DNA from: Octopus sinensis | Taxonomy: Eukaryota | DNA length: 64,000 nt | Assembly: GCF_006345805.1 (NCBI RefSeq) | Contig: NC_043002.1 | Coordinates: 47,740,001-47,804,000 of the forward strand | Direction: 5' to 3' | Shown here: positions 54,717-64,000 of the stretch, piece after piece | How the letters are laid out: the number at the start of each line of letters is the position of its first letter | Position numbering within the stretch: position 1 is the stretch's first letter | The notes under the pieces: generated by a model | Database searches by the model: none | What the model was told of the DNA's origin: nothing | What the model saw: only the letters and a program-made list of their open reading frames with translations | Program-made: the position numbers and the translations under genes

Positions 54717-55159
54717 CTAGCAGTATCGCCCGGCGTTGTTCAGGTTTGTTTCGACCCTTTAGAATTGGAATTTTTGAAAAGTAAAAATTTTGCATTATGT
54801 AGCTTGTTATTCTCTTTAAGTTTTTTTGTTTTTTTGTTTTTCCAGTTTCAGCTCTTGAGCTGTGGCCATGCTGGGGCACCGCCATTGAACGTTTTTCTGG
54901 TTGAAATACACCGAAAAATGGCGACACAGCAGTCAAAAAATCATAAAACATAGAGATTTCTATAGAAAAAAAGCACCTTTTTGATGTAAATAATTTTTGG
55001 TGTTAACATGGTCCGATTTGAATTTTTTCTTCTACGGAAGGAAGAGCAAGCCTTCTTCTATCATACTCTCAATTTTGGTCAACTTGCACCGCAGGGTCTT
55101 GGAGGAGATAGTGTTAGTTGAAGGCTACCAAACCTGCCATACACAGACAATTTCAGCTT

Positions 55160-55190
<31 letters not shown>
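54717..55190 (-). mobile_element. Second non-autonomous Helitron family with a nested SINE-tail fragment
   Basis: It shares a ~35-bp 3' terminus (ctagcagtatcgcccggcgttg.tc.ggtttgt on +) with 2351-2732 but has a different body. The 5' end is lost in (TA)n. Confidence 0.75.
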
Positions 55191-55192
<2 letters not shown>

Positions 55193-55644
55193 CATCATTG
55201 TCATTTAATGTACATGTTCTATGTTGGCATGAGTTGAATGGTTTGACAGGACTTGATGTGTTCAAGGAGAGCATTGTGATCAAGCATCATCTTTGGCATG
55301 GTTACTATAGCTGTATGCCCTTCCAAATACTAACCACTTCACAATGCTAACCACTTTATTGAGTGCTTTGTTTTATGACATTGGCACTAGTAAGGTCACC
55401 ATGCAACTCACAAATCTACAAAATCCAAGGAGCAGGGAATCACTAAGATATGTGTGGTTTAAGGTATTAGAAAAATAGTTGTGGCAGAGCAGATTCTAGT
55501 TGTAGAGGACTGACATGGCTATTTGCATTTAGGGGAGAGTGAGAATGAACCAGAAGTATCGGCGATGATGTGTTTAGTTGGCACCTCAACTAACCACCTG
55601 TCTATCTATCTATATATACATATATATAAATATATATGTATGTA

Positions 55645-55918
55645 TCATCATCATCATCACCTTTTAACGTCTGTTTCCATGCTGGCATGCTGGTAGGCTG
55701 CACCAGACTCCAGGCTAATTAGGTATGGTTTTCTACAGCTGGATGCCCTTCCTAATGCAACCACTCTGTGAGCGTAATGGGTGCCTTTATGTACCACTGG
55801 CCTGGGTGCCAACTTGTGCGACATCGGTAACTGCTGTGAATGTGAATTTGCTCAGCTTGATGGGTCTTCTTCTCAAGCATGACAGAATGCCAAAGGTCTT
55901 GATTATTGCCTCCATGAG
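55645..55918 (-). mobile_element. RTE-tail SINE
   Basis: It has a (CAT)n tail and the ggatgcccttcctaatgcaaccactc core. Confidence 0.8.
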
Positions 55919-56517
55919 TAGCAGTGAATGGGGGCAAAGAAGCTACAAGTGTGTGTAGGGAGGGTTTGCAAGAGTATATGGTGAAGGCAAAAGAAATGGG
56001 AGAAGGGAGGTAGGCAACATCTGTAAAGATTGGGTATGGCTGATTGGGGGTGGATACAAGTCTGGGAGACAACCCATGGTACACAAGTTGGGAAGACAGA
56101 GGAATACTAACAACAGGATAGTAATGATGATATGGTTAATTGACATGGAGGAGACAAGAGAAAGATGACATATGTTTGGGTTGGCAGCAGAAGAAAGAAA
56201 GAGAGAGAGAGAGAGAGAGAACAGGAATAGTGCATGAGAGAGAAAATTTTGGTGGTCCAGTGAATAGAGGAGGACTGGGAGTGGGATGACCAATGCAACA
56301 TAAGTGTAGAGGAAATATTAATGGATGAAGAATGGTTAACAAGTGAAATGGTTTTGGCTAGCAAGAAAGAAAAGTGACACCAGGAGTGGGTGAGCAGCAA
56401 TAGGAGAGTTAGAGTGATTTGTTGGAGTTATAGTGATTTGAGAAGGAGACTGACTGAGTGCGGATCCCATTTGTACACACACACACACACACACACATAT
56501 ATACATATGTATATATG

Positions 56518-56618
<101 letters not shown>

Positions 56619-56624
56619 ATATAT

Positions 56625-56658
<34 letters not shown>

Positions 56659-56671
56659 GTATATGTATGTA

Positions 56672-57320
56672 TCATCATCATCATCCCTTAACGTCTGTTG
56701 TCCATGCTGGCATGCTGGAAGGCTGCAACAGATTCCAGGCTGATTAGGCATGGTTTTCTACTTGCTAGATGCCCTTCCTAATGCCAACCACTCTGTGAGC
56801 GTAATGGGTGTCTTTATGTGCCACTGGCACAGGTGCCAATATGTGTGAAACTGGCATCTGCTATGAATGTGATTTTGCTTGGTTTGATAGGTCTTCTTCT
56901 CAAGCATGACATAATACCAAAGGTCTTTGTTATTGCCTCCATGAGGCCCATCCTTGCTTCCACACTTAAACTTCTCTAGTTCAGGTAGTAATTCAGCTAT
57001 AATAGCAAGGTTATCAGCACAAAGAAGCTGCCAAAGGCACCCTGTCTTGAATTCCTGTGCTATTGCATGGAGGACTATGATGGACAAGAAGGGGCTGAGA
57101 ACAAGTCCTTGGTGAACCCCCACTTATAAGCTGAATTCTTCACTATACTCATATTCCACCCTCACCTTACTGGCAGTGTCTCTATACAAGGCTTGCACAG
57201 CTCTCACCAACCACTCATCTATCCCTAGTATTCACATTGATCACAAGATAAGGGATCAGGAGACTGTCAAAAACTTTCTTCAAGTCAACATAAGCCAAGT
57301 ACAGAAACTTATCTTTAGCA
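56672..57320 (-). mobile_element. RTE LINE fragment: RT core fused to the 3' tail
   Basis: The ORF at 56758-57123 reads GVHQGLVLSPFLSIIVLHAIAQEFKTGCLWQLLCADNL (YADD decayed to CADN). LYLAYVDLKKVFD lies upstream. Confidence 0.9.
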
Positions 57321-57373
57321 TATGCATATATATATATATATAGAAATATTAATATTTCTAATTCTCTCTAAAG

Positions 57374-57413
<40 letters not shown>

Positions 57414-57424
57414 TATATTAGGAG

Positions 57425-57576
57425 GAGGAGGAGACCCCCTTCAGTCAAAAATGACCATGAGATTGCACCTAGAAAGTTACCCTGAGGCGCAAGTCTGGGC
57501 AAGGTTGTTTCTTGAAGACTAGCAGTCGCCCATGCATAACCTCCTCCCCTCTCCATGCCACCAGTGTTATCCAAAG
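57425..57576. repeat. GC-richer interspersed repeat fragment (retroposon-like)
   Basis: An isolated block (atgaccatgagattgcacctagaaagttaccc...) lies between TA tracts and resembles a recalled octopus repeat. Confidence 0.4.
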
Positions 57577-57588
57577 GAAAGGCAGCAT

Positions 57589-57633
<45 letters not shown>

Positions 57634-57787
57634 CATACATATATATATACACATACATATGCATACATACATATATATGTACATACATATGTATATGCAT
57701 ATATATATATATAATATATATATATATACACACATACATATATATATACATACATATATATATGCATGCATATATATACACTGACTC

Positions 57788-58826
57788 CAAACAAAGAAGA
57801 AAAAACAAGAAAGTACAATAACATGAGGATGTGGTACAAGTACTGTATTATCAGACGCCCAAGAAAGGAAAGAAGGAAAGAGGATTTAACGTTTTGAGCC
57901 AAGTTCTTCTTCAGAAATAGAGGAAGAGAAGATAGAGGAAGAAAATCACCAACAATACACACGCGGTTACATTTTGAAATGACCGGAAGGGAATAGGCGA
58001 AGAAAAAGATTTTTCTAAGACAGGAGAGTGCAAGAGAAGGAGATATGTTTGTGTGTATGTGTGGGTATGTAAACAACAAACGGATGTATTAGTTTAACAC
58101 GTGGGAAGTGAGAAAGTCTTTCTCAAGCCTATGCTCTTTGACAGTAAAGAACACAGGAATAAACAGGGAGAGAAAACAGAAAAAGGTTTAGTGGCAAGCG
58201 ATCTATCATGGTGAATGCTGAATAGAAGGGGTCACACAGGAGAGCGAGGAAGAAGGAGAGATAATAAAGTAGTGGTGATCACAAAATGAAGGTGTGTATC
58301 TGTGTGTATGTGAGACTGTGTATGTGCGCATGGAAGGGGGCTGGTGACCTTGACGTGTGTGTGCATGTTCATGTAGGTGCTGGGAAGTGGTTAGTGCTAG
58401 TGTGTGCGATGTGGTGGGATGTGGTGTGGAATGGTGGTGTGTGGTGTGGTATGGTGGTATGTGATGTGGTGTGTTGGTGTTGGAGTGTGGAGGAGGCGAG
58501 AATGGGGAAAGCAAGGGTGGGGGTCTAAGGGATGGAGTGGGGTAACAGGGGATGATGATGAAGGTAGAGGGTAGAAAAGAGGTGGGCAGGAGTGAAGAGA
58601 GGAAGTAGGTGCCAGAGCAAGAGAGGAGATGTGGGTGGGAGGAAGTAGGTGTGAGATGGTTAGATGAAGAGGGGAGGAGATTTGAGCTCATGTGGCACAA
58701 AGAAGTTAAGAGAGAATATTAATCCCTGCTCACGGTGAAGACGGGAGTCAGGATGACCCCTGTGCAAAGACAATCTCAACATAGACAGGTGTTGTAAAGA
58801 GTGACCAGTAAAGTGGAAATGGCATG
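57788..58826 (-). mobile_element. Penelope-like element: GIY-YIG C-terminus (58824->58660) plus pLTR with two decayed hammerhead motifs
   Basis: Translation gives CHFHFTGHSLQHLSMLRLSLHRGHPDSRLHREQGLIFSLNFFVPHELKSPPLFI*, matching the HF..GHS...EQ.LIF.L...P.GLN pattern. Hammerhead-like relics lie at 57888-57917 and 58118-58144. Confidence 0.8.
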
Positions 58827-59265
58827 TGTATAAATACTTATCTACTTAGTATGCACATACACACACAAAATCTATCTGAAACTACATTTTGCTAGGAGGG
58901 GCTTTTACCATACAATCTTTGTACTTTATTTCCTGTATATGTTTATATATTTTTGATTGTAATACTTTCTATACACACAAACACACACATATATATGAAT
59001 GCCTTCCCCACTAAAATTGCACGTATTTTTAAGCTCCCACAAAGCTTTACGGTGTTACACAAGGGCTCAACTATGACTGCATTGCACAACATAGCAGAAA
59101 CAGTTGTAAACTAATGAAGTTTATTACATAATTTTACCTCTTGTCATTTATTTACCCGTTTCATTGCACTCTATTCTCTGAAGTATATGCATACTGAGTT
59201 CTAACACCAGGTTATGAGTAACACTATGCTTAAGCAATATATATAAATATATATATATATATATA

Positions 59266-59544
59266 TCATCATCATCATCATCGTCGTCGTTTAGCGTCCG
59301 TTTTCCATGCTAGCATGGGTTGGACGGTTCTACTGGGGTCTGTGAAGCCAGAAGGCTTCATCAGGCCCAGTCAAATCTGGCAGTGATTCTACGGCTGGAT
59401 GCCCTTCCTAACGCCAACCACTCCGTGAGTGTAGTGGGTGCTTTTTACGTGCCACCTGCACAGGTGCCAGACAGAGCTGGCAAACGGCCACGAACGGATG
59501 GTGCTTTTTATGTGCCACCGGCACAAGGGCCAGGCGAGGCTGGC
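59266..59544 (-). mobile_element. RTE-tail SINE, relatively young
   Basis: It has a (CAT)n tail, retains CpGs and is homologous to 15205-15407. Confidence 0.85.
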
Positions 59545-59609
59545 ATATATATATATTGCTTAAGCATAGTGTTACTGCTAACCTGTTAGGACTCAGTATA
59601 CATGGAATA

Positions 59610-59730
59610 AGGACAAGGTAAAATTACTACCTACTTTTATAGCAAGTTGATGCAGGTAGTTTATCCTGTCCCCCTCCAACTTTCAGTTTATGCAGTTGAA
59701 TAGCTGCATTATTTATGGGATGACCCAATA
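59610..59730 (-). mobile_element. Mariner 5' end fragment (11562-12851 family)
   Basis: It carries the TIR attatttatgggatgacccaaTA and a 5'UTR homologous to 11620-11690. Confidence 0.8.
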
Positions 59731-59867
59731 TGTATGTATGTAAATGTGTATGTATGTGTGTATGTATATATATATATATATATATAATAATAAATATTAG
59801 GGAATAAATACAAATTTACAGGGAAAAAATCAGATTTAGGATTAAATCCAATTTTATAGTAAAATAT

Positions 59868-59950
59868 TATAAAATATTATTAGAGACAAAACCACTATTT
59901 TCCTTGTTTGTTTTGCAAAATAGTGGTTTTGTCTCTAATAATATTTTATA
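59868..59950. repeat. Perfect 34-bp inverted repeat with 15-nt spacer
   Basis: tataaaatattattagagacaaaaccactatttt (59868-59901) is the exact reverse complement of 59917-59950. Confidence 0.95.
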
Positions 59951-59967
59951 TATATATATATATATAC

Positions 59968-60129
59968 ACTCATGGAGTGGTTAGCGTTAGGAAGAGCATC
60001 CAGCTGTAGAAACATTGCCAGATAAGACCGGAGCCTGGTGCAGCCTTCTGGCTTCCCAGATCCCCGGTCGAACCGTCCAACCCATGCTAGCATGGAGAAC
60101 GGACGTTAAACGATGATGATGATGATGAT
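59968..60129 (+). mobile_element. RTE-tail SINE, 5'-truncated
   Basis: It has a (GAT)n tail and is roughly 85% identical by eye to the reverse complement of 59266-59430. Confidence 0.85.
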
Positions 60130-60162
60130 ATATATATATACATACATACATACAAACATACA

Positions 60163-60590
60163 TATTGGTTCATCCCATAAACAATGTGTTTTTTTTCAAT
60201 TGCATAAATTGAAATTTGGAGCAGGGCACTATGAACTATCTGCATCAACTTACTATAAAAGTATATAGTAATTTTATCCTGTCCTTATTTTTAATGCAAG
60301 TTTTGAAGAGTGTAGGTCGTTTTTAACAATTATCTTTTCAAAGTGACAAAGGAGCATATTTGTCATATTTTGATTCATGAGTTCAATAACGGCAACAACA
60401 CAACAAAAAGTGCAAGGAATATCAAATTTAGTATATGGGGACTGGACAATAAGCATAAGCCAGTGTTAATGGTGGTACTAGAAATTCCGAGCCAGAGACT
60501 ACAGCCTAAAAGAAGTGCCTCATCCTGGAAGATCTGTAGAGCTTGATGAAGACATCCTGCAAACCATGGTGGAACAAAATCCCATACCAA
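60163..60590 (+). mobile_element. Mariner 5' portion (11562-12851 family)
   Basis: It carries the TIR tattggttcatcccataaacaatg, and the ORF at 60343 begins TKEHICHILIHEFN. Confidence 0.85.
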
Positions 60591-60719
60591 TGCTGCTGCC
60601 TTCTTTGCACATTATATCTGATTCTTCATATACTTTGATCATTTCTCAGTTTTTAAGCACAGCATGTTCATAAGAGATGAAGATGGATGAACTACAGGGC
60701 TGTGTTGACCTCAAGTTCA

Positions 60720-61092
60720 GTTTTGGTATATTTCTGATGGCAGGATGTCCTTCCCAATGCCAACCGCTTTACAATGTGTACCATATCACCAGGTCTAGCT
60801 GCTAAATAAATTGCAAGACAGGGAGAATGAGAACAGGGAAAACCTCCTTCTATTAGGTGATGGAGAGTATTTAACGGTGAGGAGGTGGCCTTACGTCAAG
60901 GCTTGTGTCTCCCTTGTATGGCCCTCACAAGCTATTTATCAACTCCTAGCTTCCACAGAAACCAATGTATCATAGAGCAAGGGACCCTGTCAAAGGCTTT
61001 CTCTAGGTCAATGAATGCCAAGTACAGTGGTTTATTTTCACCTAGATACTTCTGCAGTCTTATTAAAAAGATGGCATTAGTAGTACTTCTCT
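60720..61092 (-). mobile_element. RTE LINE RT fragment
   Basis: The minus strand reads STTNAIFLIRLQKYLGENKPLYLAFIDLEKAFDRVP. Confidence 0.85.
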
Positions 61093-61762
61093 CAATATAT
61101 ATATATATATATAATGTACATATCTACATCATTAATATATATAATGAACATTTCTACATTATAAATATATATTATGTATACATATATCTGTGAGTGTATA
61201 TATATATGTGTGTATGTATGAGTGTGTATGTGCTTGTGTGTATGTAAGTACACACACACCTATATACACTCATACGTTGTTACAGGCACATAAATATATG
61301 TATAAAACATTACACATCAAAGCAGCAGCGTCATCTGACCAGACATTAATGCACACATTCTACTACGGTTTACATCAATTCATGATAAATGCAGCAAACC
61401 TCATCACAACAATCACAGACATCAATAACAGTAACAATTGTAGCTTTTGCTACAATCTCAGTAATGATCAGTGATAAAATTGGGACAGGTTATCAAATGT
61501 TACACTTCACTTATTTGATAAGATTCAATCTTGAAGCTGTAAATCACTTAACTACATGTCCATCAACTTAATCCTTTAACATTGTAGCACTAGTGATGGT
61601 TGTGAACTTATGACAAACACGAAGGCTACGAAGAAAAATGACACTTTATATGATTGGTAAACCTGAGAATATACTGAACAGATATGTGTGTGTGTGTGTG
61701 TGCATCTGAGTATGTGTGTGGTTGTGTATATATGAATGTGTATGTGTGTGTGTGTGCATGAA

Positions 61763-63483
61763 TGTGAGGTGCATTCAAAAAGTGTTCGACCTTTGGGTAT
61801 AAAAAAAAAACAATTTTGTACATTTCACAAATTTTATTTAATTGCCTTTAAAATAATCTCCTTGAGAGTTCATGCACTTCACCCAGCAGTTCTGCTACTA
61901 CTGCTAACAGCCCCTGAAGATCGTCTCTGGAATCATATGCTGCTTCAGCATTGCTTCTCTAATAATTTCCTCTCACTAATCAAGTCATTTCCATTTCAGT
62001 GTGGTTTCCAGTTTGGGGAAGAGCCAAAAGTCACACAGTACTAAGTTGGAAAAGTAGGGAACCTGTCGAACAAGTGTTGTGTTGTTGTTGACCAGGATAA
62101 CTTGAATTATGTGGGCAGAATGAGTGGACACATTGTTGTGGTGAAGTTGCTGATTCTTCGCTGCCCACATGTCTGGTTGCTTTTGATGCATGGCATTATG
62201 AAGGCAATGTATAACCTCCAAGTGGTATTTCTTATTCATTGTTTGGCCTTGTGGTGTGTATTCATAATGCACAATACTACAGGAGCCAAAGAAAAAGGTC
62301 AACCTTACCTTCACATTGCTGCAAACCTATCATGTTGTTTTGTGCCTTGGTGATGACTAATGCTTCCATTGGGAGGACTGGAACTTGGTTTCTGGGTCAT
62401 AACCATCAACCTATGTCTCATCCCCAGTGATGATGGTCTTCATGCAGTCTAGGTCATGGGTTGCACAGTCCAACATGTCCTACACAGTTTCCATCTGGAG
62501 TTGCTTCTGGTGTTCTGCTAGAACTTTCACAACGAATTTCATTGATACTATCCACAGGTACAAATTGCCAGTCAAAATGAAATGCACTGATTCCCACTTC
62601 ATGAGCAATTTCTTGTATTGTTACACAACGGTCTTCCAATTGGTTCTTTGTTTTGGCTTGAGAATGGCCTGTCTGTGCATATTTCACTCTCCACTGAGGT
62701 GTGGCTAGGTTTGAAGCAGCTTTACCACTCCTTGATCTGACGTTTTCCCATGGCATCATTATCAAAGGCCTGCTGAATCTTCTGGTAGGTTTGAAATTGA
62801 GTATACTCTCTCTTTTACTCTTTTACTGGGTTCAGTCATTTTGGCTGTGGCCATGCTGGAGCACTGCCTTTAGTCAAGCAAATCGACCCCAAGACTTATT
62901 CTTTGTAAGCTTAGTACTTATTCTATTGGTCTCTTTTGCTGAACTGCTAAGTTACAGGGACGTAAACACACCAGCATCGGTTGTCAAGCAATGTTGGGGG
63001 GACAAACACAGACACACAAACATACACACACACATATATATACATATATACGACAGGCTTCTTTCAGTTTCCGTCTACCAAATCCACTCACAAGGCTTTG
63101 GTTGGCTTGAGGCTATAGTTGAAGACATTTGCCCAAGGTGCCATGCAGTGGGACTGAACCCGGAACCATATGGTTTGTAAGCAAGCTGCTTACCACACAG
63201 CCACTCCTACGCCTAATTATCACCAAACTTTTGGCAAAACATTTTGCGATATCTATGCTCAATGTGTTCAGTCATCTTATATGAAAACAAAAATCTGATG
63301 AGTGTGAACTACACATATGTACTCTAAGCATAACAGCTGATAGCTGACATGGCCTACTGGTACCAAAAATTTTCATTCATGCTTAGGAAGGGTGGATTCA
63401 CTTCCCACTTAAAGGATTTTGGCCACACAGCATTAGTTTTGGCAAGAACAAAACAAAGTCAGATATTTTTAACACACCTCATA
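61763..63483 (-). mobile_element. Degenerate mariner interrupted by a tRNA-SINE
   Basis: The TIR relics are tgaggtgcattcaaaaagtg and atatttttaacacacctca. ORFs 61985-62314 and 62454-62765 are transposase pieces. The N-terminus MTEHIEHRY lies beyond the SINE. Confidence 0.85.
62806..63214 (-). mobile_element. tRNA-derived SINE, young copy nested in the mariner
   Basis: The head has an intact GGTTCCGGGTTCAGTCCC B-box-like motif on the minus strand. Confidence 0.9.
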
Positions 63484-63577
63484 TATGTATATTTATACAG
63501 ACACATGTATGTATGTATGTATGTATGTATGTATGTATGTATGTATGTATGTATGTATGTATGTATGTATGTATGTA

Positions 63578-63700
63578 TCTTTTATATTTTACTTGTTTCA
63601 GTCATTGGAGTGCTGCACTAAGTTATAGGGATGTAAACACTGGTTATCAAGTGGTAGTGGGAAATGTAGATATAGATAAAGATACATACACACACTTCAT
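63578..63700 (-). mobile_element. tRNA-SINE tail fragment
   Basis: It begins ttttacttgtttcagtcattgg and has an internal deletion. Confidence 0.65.
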
Positions 63701-63714
63701 CATGTATATGTATA

Positions 63715-64000
63715 TATTGAGTCATCCCATAAATAATGTGTTTTTTTATACTTCTTTTATTTTTCAAAATTAAGATAAACCAAGATTTTTTAAAATCTAA
63801 AATATACTCTCCTTCGTTTTCTACAATGCTCTTCCATCTATCTGGAAGACTTCCAAGGGCCCTCTTCTGAAATTCACTTGTCTGAGATGAAAAATACTCC
63901 TCCAGTACTATTCTGACCTCGTTTACAGAATTCATATTTTTTCTGTCCAAATGATTTTGAAGACTACGGAATAAATAATAATGAGATGGGGCAATGTCTG
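63715..64000 (-). mobile_element. Mariner 3' end (11562-12851 family), runs off the window
   Basis: It carries the TIR TAttgagtcatcccataaataatg. The ORF at 63618-63950 contains LPDRWKSIVENEGEYILD. Confidence 0.9.

Overview
This is AT-rich, microsatellite-laden eukaryotic DNA. Its repeats (tRNA-derived SINEs with internal (TA)n tracts, RTE LINEs with (CAT)n tails, Penelope-like elements, Tc1/mariner and Helitron elements) point to an octopus genome; that assignment is from recognising repeat families, not a database search. There is one clear host coding exon: the first coding exon of an agrin-like gene on the minus strand (49932->49554), encoding a leader peptide and one 10-Cys follistatin/Kazal module and ending in a phase-1 GT donor. 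I found no second follistatin exon, so 1-49553 appears to be a single intron of >49 kb, and 50-64 kb is 5'UTR-intron or upstream sequence. Nearly all other ORFs in the track are transposon fragments or microsatellite read-throughs. The best new leads are: (i) a 24-nt frame-preserving candidate agrin microexon (36430->36407, EMFEEKKN); (ii) an unpaired Cys at the predicted mature N-terminus; (iii) candidate recursive-splice sites in the long intron; (iv) Penelope relics, one with a well-spaced antisense CCAAT/TATA/Inr promoter, plus decayed hammerhead motifs; (v) several long fold-back structures. No rRNA, true tRNA gene or CRISPR array was seen. All coordinates were read by eye, and element edges in degenerate repeats are approximate.
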